Assembly: GCA_963693365.1 (NCBI GenBank) | Contig: CAVNZM010000010.1 | Coordinates: forward strand, 2,976,001-3,040,000 | From: Amoebidium appalachense | Taxonomy: Eukaryota > Protista > Ichthyosporea | Direction: 5' to 3' | Length of the DNA: 64,000 bases | Shown here: positions 53,593-64,000 of the stretch, piece after piece | How the letters are laid out: each line of letters begins with the position of its first letter | Numbering within the stretch: position 1 is the first letter of the stretch | Notes under the pieces: model-generated | Told to the model about the DNA's origin: nothing | The model's input: only the letters and a program-made list of their open reading frames with translations | The model's database searches: none | Program-made: the position numbers and the translations under genes

Positions 53593-54463
53593 GGTGATCA
53601 ATCAGTCAGATGATGCGTGAGAGAGGAATCAGATCGGTATTCAAATTTGAATATTTTCGATTGCAGCGAGAGTATGTGTTGCGAGAGCATGCGAAAACTG
53701 GGCCCATAACCTGTTGTTTTGTACGGGTCTAAGGGAGCAGAGTGCACAGAGGTGTCATGTAAAACACGACTAACACATTAATGAGAGGGCAATCGGAGTT
53801 GTTCACGAGACATTGAAAGATTTCAAACAACAACTAATTCTTTATTGTGCTCTCGGTTCCTTTTGTACTTGCGACTTATCACCTTATCACAACTAAAGAG
53901 GGAGAACCAATCGGTTCTATCAGAAGATAGAAAACCACATTCTGACAGAGCATACGCATTCCATCTTCCGATTAAACTAAAGTTTAGAAACTCTTACTTA
54001 AATAAATTAAGTAATTATACATCTAGTCACTATTAACTCACATATATATTTATGTTCGTCTCTATAAAGAAACTTATTTAAATACATATATTTCCTAATA
54101 GTCGACACTCTCAAAGTGAAGACACTTTGCAATAAACCGAATTCCATATATATCTATTGTCCAATCACAACACACATATATTAACAGACAGGAATGCACA
54201 ACACAATCTACAGATGTACTCGCTCGCGACTATTGGCGAGCCATCCTTTTGAGAACAAAACTAAGCCATTTTGAAATAAAGGAAAGACAACGAGTGAGGC
54301 TAGCCAATCACGCTACCTCTCAGATAAACAGAGGAGAGCAAACAGAAATAAAATACAATAAGTTCTTATCAGGCAAGAGAGCCAGGTGTGCACAGATCTA
54401 CAGATATCTGTGCCCACAGAAACAAGGGAGAGAGAGATACGGGGGGGGGGGGGGGGGGGGGGG

Positions 54464-54529
<66 letters not shown>

Positions 54530-55029
54530 ACAAAGAAGGAAAGCAGACACGAATAAAAACAAGCTAAGATACATACATACTTCAAGGCTCTTGCTGTCAT
54601 ACATGGTGACGTATTCCAACATGTTTGGCTTTATACTCAGCTACTTGGGTTGTTAAGTCGGAGACTTGGGTGCGGAGCTGCTCATGATGCGCCATAAGTT
54701 TGAGCACGGATTTCCTAGCCTTCTCGGGTATCAAGTGCAGTTGTTCTTTCGTAATAAAACTACTTGCTGGCGGCACGGCCGGTGGCGCTTTAACCTCGGG
54801 AAAGGGAACCTGTTCCGCTCGGCTCTGTTTAGTTAGCCTCTTATCTGGGGATTCTCCTTCCCGTGTATCACGTTTGCGGCTCCCAGGCGGTGTCCCAGGA
54901 GGGTCCGGGGACAAGGATGCGTCCTGAGACGCCATGGGTGGGTTCTAGCTGCCCCTCAAGGGGCCTAAGTAGAGGTGGATGCCTAAGTAAAGGCCGATGC
55001 CTAAGTAGAGAAAGTAAAGAAAGAAAAGA

Positions 55030-55921
55030 AGAAGAAAAAAAAAACGTGTGAAAGAAAAAAAAACGTGTGAAAGAAAAAAACGTGTGAGGAAGAAAAAAAC
55101 GTGTGGGAAGAAAAAAACGTGTGGAAGAAAAAAACGCGTGGAAGAAAAAAACGTGTGGAAGAAAAAAACGTGTGGAAGAAAAAAACGTGTGGAAGAAAAA
55201 AAACGTGTGGAAGAAAAAAACGTGTGGAAGAAAAAAACGTGTATATCACAGCTAGGCAGTGGATCATCTAAGGAGATCTTTGGAGAGTACTTTTGTAGCG
55301 CTATTGGCCATCCAAATTATATCTTCAAGACAGGCCATGTCTGTGCATGTGATATGCTAACGCAATCTTAGGCAAGTATTGGTGATACCTTTCTGCGATC
55401 TTCACGCCCTATTTGGGGTAGCTTAAAGATGTTCAGAGTTGCAATTAGGTATTGTGTTAGGATTACTTTAGGACCTCTTTAAGGGTTTAATGGGATCGAT
55501 TTAGATAATCTTTACGTGTTCCCTGGGATAGAAAAGCAAAGCACGTATCGCCAAAAACGTGTGGAAGAAAAAAACGTGTGGAAGAAAAAAACGTGTGGAA
55601 GAAAAAAACGTGTACATCACAGCTAGGCAGTGGATCATCTAAGGAGATCTTTGGAGAGTACTTTTGTAGCGCTATTGGCCATCCAAATTATATCTTCAAG
55701 ACAGGCCATGTCTGTGCATGTGATATGCTAACGCAATCTTAGGCAAGTATTGGTGATACCTTTCTGCGATCTTCACGCCCTATTTGGGGTAGCTTAAAGA
55801 TGTTCAGAGTTGCAATTAGGTATTGTGTTAGGATTACTTTAGGACCTCTTTATGGGTTTAATGGGATCGATTTAGATGATCTTTACGTGTTCCCTGGGAT
55901 AGAAAAGCAAAGCACGTATCG
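55030..55921. repeat. 17-bp AAAAAAACGTGTGGAAG array plus a tandem duplication of about 370 bp
   Basis: About 12 short units at 55030-55240; block 55185-55551 is repeated at 55552-55921. Confidence 0.9.
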
Positions 55922-57164
55922 CTATCCTCAGCCACGGCGTCTTCAACCACCCGGTCAATGCCGATTACCCAGGACCACGATCCATGATGCGCGGGTTAGC
56001 TCAATATATACGGCCGGAAAAGGGATTGCACGTTTGATTGTGGGATAGATCACTCCAACGTTTTTGATTGGTTGTTTTTAAAAATCGAATTTCACACTGC
56101 ATTCACAATGAAGGCGTCACAAGGTACGCTTGAAACATGAAGGTGTCGCGCAGGTGCGCGCGAGGCGTTGATAGCCAATGGAAACAAAGATTTACTGGAG
56201 GGGTGCAAAACAGAATCCGAAGCACTGTTATCATTACAATCATGATCCGTCTAATGTAAGTAAAACTGGGGCATTCAACTGCCAAATACAGAAGTTTTAG
56301 TTTAATAATATTTAAGGTACCTATAAATTAGGCGAGATACCTTGGCAAACGGTGCAATGCCTGCGCGGAGCAAGTGGCCGGTGCGTGGAATTTACCCTAA
56401 ATAAACACATTAAAAAAAAAAATGCACAAAAAACGCAAAAAAACGCAAAGATATATATCGCATACCTTAGGAAGCTCCTAAGAATATCATCACGCTATAC
56501 TAGAGCTATACTTACTATTCTGTCAGTACGTCCTGAATAAATACGCCAACCATACCTGAAACTGCAGTGCGGATCGCCGACCATAAAACTCCTTACACCC
56601 CACCACCCTAAGATACACTCCCTCCTCACCTTCTTGCAGTCGAATATAGCAGCTGTTGTATGGGAATATTTTTCTTTTCACTGGAAGAGGCAGATCCCCC
56701 CGTGGAGTCCCCCGTGCTTCAGCAGGCGTTAAGCCCGCTAGGAACAACTGCAGCTGTAGCGGCAGGAACTTTAGGCAATTGCCACGTCCTTCAAGCCTGG
56801 GGCTGGGGTCGAACTTCCCTTCTGATGCAAAATAGGCATCCAGCTTTGCAAGGTGCAGGCCTTTCTTATCCTGCAAGCCTGTGTTTGGGACAAAAGGATT
56901 CGAGTGGATCAGAGTAATCTTCCGCAGCGCAGCGGCGGGCCCGCCGGGGAGAGGGGGGGGGGGGGGGAGGACGTTGCCATTGCCTTGGAAATAACCACCC
57001 AATGTGTAACCCCCCCCCCCCACACACACACACAAAAAAAAAAGCACACTATACAATGACCCCCCCCCCCCCCATGGACCCCACCTATGGGGCCAGCAAA
57101 TTTCAGTGGGGGTGTGCCGAGCCATCACGTTTGATGCCTCCCCCCCCCCCCCCCCCCCCCCCCT

Positions 57165-57198
<34 letters not shown>

Positions 57199-57802
57199 TC
57201 TCCCCCCCGTCCATTCGGAGGGCTTTGGCAGATATTGAGATTTTAGATTTTTCGTCTTGAAATTCCCCGATCACGTTCGCCCCTCCGTCGGGAAAAATTC
57301 CTACGGACTCCCCCGTGTGTACTTTGCATTAACATACCTTCCCATTGGGAAAACAAAAAAAAAACTGCATCGAAATCCGTCCATTCTGAGGGTTTTTGCA
57401 CGTTTTTTCCCTCCACAACACATGCACACTATAGAATGACCCCCCCCCCCCCCCCCCCCCCTCTTGGACCCTCCCTGATGGGCCGGCAAATGCCCGTGGG
57501 GATGTGTGGGTGAACGTGGGCACTCCCCCCCACCCCCATCTACGTTTGGTGGTGAGAAAGTCAGCTACTTGCTAAGGGAAAGGGTGTTTGGGGTTTTTGA
57601 ATACGAAGGCTTATATGTTGCATGCGGGACTGGAGAAAACACTGAAATTCCCCGATCACGTCCCCCCCCCTCCGTCGGGAAAAAAAATTCTACGGACTCC
57701 CCCGTGTGTACTTTGCATTAACATGCACACATGCACACACACGGTGCACCCCCCCCCCCCTCCCCTTCCCTCTCAACTGAGCACATACACACACACATAC
57801 AT

Positions 57803-57845
<43 letters not shown>

Positions 57846-57998
57846 CACACATGTACACATGCACGGACACGAATCCCCCCCTTCCCCTTCCCTCTCCACC
57901 GAGCACATGCACACATGCACAGACATGCACACACACACACACACAACACACACGATGCACACAGACATGCACACACGCACCAACACACAACACACACA

Positions 57999-58056
<58 letters not shown>

Positions 58057-58235
58057 CACACACACGGTGCATTTCCCCCCTCCCCTTCCCTCTCCACAGA
58101 GCACACACACACACACGTGCACACATGCACACACACGGTGCATCCCCCCTCTCCCCCCCTTCCCTTTCAACTGAGCACATACACACACACAGACATGCAC
58201 ACACACACAACATACACAGACATCCACACATCAGA

Positions 58236-59151
58236 CACAGAACAGCTTCTAGCACGAGACATTTACCACAAAGTGTATGGCGGGGATGGTGAATATGCCC
58301 CTGGAGTACGAGGGTCACACGAAAAAAACACAACGTTGTAGCTCGTATAGAACCCCCCTTGTAGCATAGTATTTGTATATATGTTACCTAGACATTATTG
58401 GTTTTTCAATAACTACCCACAGAACAGCCTCTAGCACGAGAGATTTACCACACACTTTATGGGGGGGATGGTGAATGTGCCCCTGGAGTACGAGGGTCAC
58501 ACGAAAAAAACACAACATTGTAGCTCGAATAGAACCCCCCTTGTGGCATAGTATATGTACATGTGTTACCTAGACATTATTGGTTTTTTCAATAACTACC
58601 CACAGAACAGCTTCTAGCACGAGACCTTTACCACAAAGTTTATGGGGGGGATGTTGAATGTGCCTCTGGAGTACGAGGGTCACACGAAAAAAACACAACG
58701 TTGTAGCTCGTATAGAACCCCCCTTGTAGCATAGTATATGTACATATGTTACCTAGACACGGGTCTTTCAATAACTACCCACAGAACAGCTTCTAGCACG
58801 AGAGATTTACCACAGAGTTTATGGGGGGGATGGTGAATGTGCCTCTGGAGTACGAGGGTCACACGAAAAAAACACAACATTGTAGCTCGAATAGAACCCC
58901 CCTTGTAGCATAGTATATGTACATGTGTTACCTAGACATTATTGGTTTTTTCAATAACTACCCACAGAACAGCTTCTAGCACGAGCCCTTTACCACAACG
59001 TTTATGGGGGGGATGGTGAATGTGCCCCTGGAGTACGAAGGTCACACGAAAAAAACACAACGTTGTAGCTCGTATAGAACCCCCCTTGTAGCATAGTATA
59101 TGTACATAGCATGTTACCTAGACATTATTGGTTTTTTCAATAACTACCCAC
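58236..59151. repeat. Satellite of about 182 bp, 5 copies
   Basis: CACAGAACAGC units start at 58236, 58418, 58601, 58780 and 58963. Confidence 0.95.
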
Positions 59152-59773
59152 ATGCGGCATGTGTTACTTTCACGTTATTGGTTTCCTAGCACGGGATATT
59201 CAGCACACAATTGGGGATGTGGGGGCAGTGTACACCTACAATATTGGTAAGGTGGTGGTGGGTGGGTTGGGGGGGGGGGGGGGGGGGGGGGGGGTTCCAC
59301 ACAACCGAAACTGTCGGTGTTACAAGTGGTTCGGTCTTAGGAAGTTAGAACGGTGATTTTTTAATTAATAGCGGGAAACAATATTATCCCCATTGCATAT
59401 GGGGGGAACGAGGAGGGGGGAGGGGGGGGGGGGGGGGTTCACAACGAATTCTATCGACTGTGCATAATTAATGTATATTGCACATGTAGCCTGAAAGATT
59501 AAAGTGAATGTGTGTATGTATATGTGCGAGTATATTTGTGTATGCAATACATGTACAATGTTTTCGTCTTTGTAGGTGGGTGGGTGGGGTGGGGGGGGGG
59601 GGGGGGGTGCGCGGGGGGGGAGAGAGGGAGGGGGGGGAGGGGGCATCATGATCAGGGATAACAGGGTGTGTGCGTGTGTGCGCTTGTGTGTGCATGTGCT
59701 GTGTGTGTTGTGTAGGTGTGCGCCTGTGTGTGTGTGCGTGCCTGTGTGTGCGCGCCTGTGTGTGTGTGTGTGT

Positions 59774-62463
59774 TGTCGTGGCAACAAACAGTGTGTATAT
59801 GAACTACTCTAACTATCTGCACGCTTAAAGGGGCCGAAACCGTGTATACGTATAAACTTTTCTTTGAGTTGGGTGGGAAGCGAGTTTTTTGTGTTCTGAG
59901 AAGAACTTCCAAAAGCCCGCGACCCCGCGAGACACTTCACAGACACGCGGCCCACTGGCCAGACAAATACCACAGTGACATTCAGCCAATCACAACACTC
60001 CCTCCCCCACAGACTACACGCACTCCACACCATTGGCTACCGCGACCTCAGACACCCCTACAGCACTACAACACGTACACACGTTTACTCACAATACATA
60101 TAAGCATACACACACGCGAGCAGGCAACATGGGTCTCGCCACGCACACAGCAAGAAGCAATACAACATTTAACATGGAGAGTACGCAGAGGCATGGGGCA
60201 TGCACGCGCGCACCAAACAATCAGCCGCCGCTGCATCAGATTCTCCCCATACCACTGATTAATCTCCTCATACCCCATTTAGACCCCGGCATCACTATGC
60301 AAGAAAACCCCCGAAATTCACTCACCAAAACACAAAATATAGAAGCAAACTAATACGAATCAGCTCAGCACATGACAACTCCCCCCTCGCACAGAAAATA
60401 ACTGAGTTCCACCTCAGTAAAAACTACCTAAAAACAAAATAAAGTTATGTGCTGAGCGACTACAACTACCGCTACCCATGCAGGAAGCAACATTTAACAT
60501 TTAACATATAACATAAAACATATACATGCATCCACACACCACCCCACCATGGTTAATACCCAACCCAACCCCAAAACAAGGATAATTATGAACCGCCACT
60601 GACGTTGCCCTGTAGATGCACCTCTGCCCCCGTCCACAACCTGCACCCAAAACCCCATGCCCCTGGCACAATGTTATATCGAGTGGAACATAGCAACAGA
60701 CATGATAACAGACACCATCCATAAAACCACACTCAGCATGCCCCATCCACAAAGAATATTCCTAACACAACCAAACATGCCGTGACGAACACCTCCAGAC
60801 TCATGTGACGTACACCTCCAGACTCTCTTGCTGGCCATTCCTCTACCCGACAAAGACTCCTACTACGTAGGTCCCAGTGGTTTGGGAATGCCTCCGCCCC
60901 AACCGTGCCCTACCCAGCGGTGTGTCTAAGGCCTACTGCTGCACTGGGCACCACAACACTACTCAACAACACTACGGGCAGCCACTCCAAAGGGCCTCAA
61001 CACCAGGCCCAGGGCAGCCACTCCAAGGGGCCTCAGCACCAGGCCCTTTGACGACGGGGGTTCACAACAGTGGGGGCCTGCCACTGCCATGACTACACCT
61101 CGACCCCCCCAGCCCCCTCGTCAGAGGGCCGAGCTCCCAGACAGCAGCAGGACTTTCTATTCCACTGACCCTAACCACACACGTCGCCAACACAGGACTC
61201 ATACACACGTCGAAAACGCCAGGCACCAGTAGAAAACTCAGCGAAAAAAACACACCACACAACTCCCATACAACAACAACTTGAACAACCCAAGAGACGG
61301 CCTACCCCCTAATAAAACCTTCATACCAGCAACACGGTCACCGACGTCCCTGCCCCCCCGGGGCTGTTTACACCACGCGTTGCCCCCGCTCCTTGCAGTT
61401 GTCGCAGGTGCCTGGGAAAGAGCCTGGCGCCGGCTCTTGCTGTCCCGCCCAAAGACGCCAGCCTGGCCCATCTGTTATCCCGTTGTGGCCGTGGCTGGTA
61501 GGACTGGTAGCGCCGTGGGGAGGGTGACCGCCGCCGGTCCCCTCTGAGCCCTCTGCTGGACAAACGGCCCTGAGCTTGCTAAGTCACCTAGGGAGGTCAA
61601 GGTCCTTAGCGAGGACTAAGTCCCCTGTGATACTAGTCCTACTGCTCAAGTTGCCTATGCCAACTGTTGCTAGCTGTAGGCCTGTGTGTGCGTATGTTTC
61701 TTCTACCTCTAACTGTCGAAAAAGTCCTAAGTCAAAGCCACTCATAACCGCTAGGCGTGAAAGAAAAAAAAAACTAGGGGTGAAAGCAACAGCCCAGAAG
61801 GACTAACAGTGCGTGTGCCCCCTCCCTGCAAAAAACTGCAGAGAAAGGGGGTGTAGCTTGTCGTGGCAACAAACAGTGTGTATATGAACTACTCTAACTA
61901 TCTGCACGCTTAAAGGGGCTCGAAACCGTGTATACTTATAAACTTTTCTTTGAGTTGGGTGGGAAGCGAGTTTTTTGTGTTCTGAGAAGAACTTCCAAAA
62001 GCCCGCGACCCCGCGAGACACTTCACAGACACGCGGCCCACTGGCCAGACAAATACCACAGTGACATTCAGCCAATCACAACACTCCCTCCCCCACAGAC
62101 TACACGCACTCCACACCATTGGCTACCGCGACCTCAGACACCCCTACAGCACTACAACACGTACACACGTTTACTCACAATACATATAAGCATACACACA
62201 CGCGAGCAGGCAACATGGGTCTCGCCACGCACACAGCAAGAAGCAATACAACATTTAACATGGAGAGTACGCAGAGGCATGGGGCATGCACGCGCGCACC
62301 AAACAATCAGCCGCCGCTGCATCAGATTCTCCCCATACCACTGATTAATCTCCTCATACCCCATTTAGACCCCGGCATCACTATGCAAGAAAACCCCCGA
62401 AATTCACTCACCAAAACACAAAATATAGAAGCAAACTAATACGAATCAGCTCAGCACATGACA
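59774..62463 (-). mobile_element. Non-autonomous LTR retroelement with decayed gag remnant
   Basis: Near-identical LTRs 59774-60377 and 61859-62463 (TG..CA); TSD TGTGT within (TG)n; PPT GAGGGGGGAG on the minus strand abutting 60377; remnant zinc knuckle FPGTCDNCKERG at about 61385-61420. Confidence 0.9.
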
Positions 62464-62517
62464 TGTGTGTGTGTGTGTGCAGTGTGCATGTGTGAGTGTG
62501 TGTGCGTGCGCGCGCGC

Positions 62518-62559
<42 letters not shown>

Positions 62560-62847
62560 TTTCAAAGAAGTCGAAAGCGCCAGTGACACCCATGTTGAAA
62601 AAAAGACAAGCAAGCACGCTAAGAAGGACAGCAAGAAGTAACAGAAACCCTTTCATGCCGAAAAAATGGTCAAGAACAAAGAAGTGGAGGACACGTAACT
62701 ATAGTCTGATAGTTGTGACTAAGGGCACTAAGGGTAGCGCTAAGGGCACCAAGCTGATGCAGTGATTGGCTAAATCCCAATCCGGTTTGCAATTTTTTTG
62801 TCCATTTAAGCCTGTACGCACGTTGTTTGCTCCATTTCTCTTCCCCC

Positions 62848-62965
62848 TTCCCGCAGGTCCGCAGGTCCTTTTCCGGAGGTCGCCTGGTCGCAGGTCCCTT
62901 CCCGCAGGTCGCCTGGTCGCAGTTCCCTTCCCGCAGGTCGCCTGGTCACAGATCCCCTCCGCAGA
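62848..62965. repeat. Approximately 30-bp tandem repeat CCGCAGGTCGCCTGGTCGCAGGTCCCTTC
   Basis: About 4 degenerate copies. Confidence 0.8.
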
Positions 62966-63536
62966 TCGCGCAGCCACCGTGCTGAATGGTTTCGACCATG
63001 CTGCATGCTGCAGCTTCTTCGCCTAACGGCTGAAAGGCCCTTTGAAGGTTAGTTTTGTGTTGCCTGCTTTTGTGCATATGGCGTTTGTCTGTCTGGTCTG
63101 TGTCCGTCCTGTGATTATGTCTGTGTCTGTGTCTGTGTGTGTGTGTGTGTAGTGTGTGTGTGTGCGTGCGTGTGCGTGTGTCTGCTGGCTGCAGATGCAC
63201 ATTGCCTTTCACGTTCATGAACCAGCGACTGTGGGCACTACTTTTGCTGTTAGCACTATAGCTATCATCCCCTCCACCGATCGTTCAAGCTATTTTCTGC
63301 TTCTCTAGACTTCATAAGTTCTGGTCCGGGTTTCCGTCCTTACTATGTTTGAGGTTGGTTCTGTCGACTCTTTTTTTGCCACTCTCAGTCAGCCCCCTCA
63401 GTCACACCCCCCCCCCCCCCTCCCCCCACTTCTCGCAAGTAGGATGAGCTAATTCTTAGCTCGAGTTCCTTTACAGGTTTTGCCAAGGTTGGCCCATGAA
63501 GTCATCAGCAACTATAAGGCTACGTTATCATCTAGA

Positions 63537-63978
63537 GGTGGGTACCGGCTCTTTGTCCTATGGCTGCTGTTGTTTCCGTTTTTCGTTTCATAGGTGGGTA
63601 CCGGCTCTTTGTCCTGTTAAGGTAAATAAAGTATGGAGGCAAGACCCTGTGGGTCTGGGGCTCTTTGTCCTATGGCTGCTGTTGTTTCCATGTTTCGTTT
63701 CTGTGTTGCTCTTATAGCACATGAATGATCATGTGCATGTTTAGCACCCATAGGTGGGTACCGGCTCTTTGTCCTGTTAAGGTAAATAAAGTATGGAGGC
63801 AAGACCCTGTGGGTCTGGGGCTCTTTGTCCTATGGCTGCTGTTGTTTCCGTGTTTCGTTTCTGTGTTGCTCTTATAGCACATGAATGATCATGTGCATGT
63901 TTAGCACCCATAGGTGGGTACCGGCTCTTTGTCCTGTTAAGGTAAATAAAGTATGGAGGCAAGACCCTGTGGGTCTGG
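63537..63978. repeat. 160-bp tandem repeat, about 2.5 copies
   Basis: CATAGGTGGGTACCGGCTC at 63589, 63749 and 63909. Confidence 0.9.
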
Positions 63979-64000
63979 CACCTCGTCGTCGTCATCGATC

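Larger units (their letters stand above)
43078..54621 (-). mobile_element. Ty1/copia LTR retrotransposon A (full length)
   Basis: 5-bp TSD TGTTT at 43073-43077 and 54622-54626; 5' LTR 53712-54621; 3' LTR split into 43078-43649 and 48051-48382; PBS GGTTATGGGCCCAG. Confidence 0.95.
38837..54935 (-). mobile_element. LINE (APE + RT) retrotransposon, frameshifted, interrupted by a copia insertion at 43078-54621
   Basis: Poly(A) tail at about 38837-38854; ORF2 and ORF1 remnants; ORF1 N-terminus at 54622-54935 rejoins 43072 in frame (..EYKAK|QDHTD..). Confidence 0.88.

Noticed and set aside
55030-55240. CRISPR-like short repeat array
   Set aside because: Head-to-tail repeats with no unique spacers, no cas genes, and a eukaryotic context
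58236-59151. Possible repeat-spacer array
   Set aside because: The whole unit is repeated, so it is an ordinary satellite
62647-63040. piggyBac-like ends CCCTTTCATGCCG...CGGCTGAAAGG
   Set aside because: Short imperfect match with no TTAA duplication

Overview
Repeat-rich eukaryotic genomic DNA with spliceosomal introns full of (CA)n/(TG)n tracts and G/C homopolymers. It looks like a protist; an ichthyosporean such as Amoebidium is only a guess. The left half holds four intron-containing host genes: a VIP36/LMAN2-type L-type lectin cargo receptor, an unknown type-I membrane protein, an SCI1-like nuclear protein, and a secreted protein of 13 tandem SdrD-B/Cna-B-like domains encoded one domain per phase-1 exon. 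Several MITEs and a small non-autonomous LTR element lie between them. The right half is a transposon cluster: an apparently intact, intron-containing Kolobok DNA transposon (DDE transposase plus convergent KolX), a LINE interrupted by a copia element that carries a second copia in its 3' LTR, a non-autonomous LTR element with no tRNA-type PBS, and several minisatellites. Most ORFs in the supplied track are simple-repeat artefacts. Exon structures were assembled by eye and family calls come from motif recognition, not database searches.
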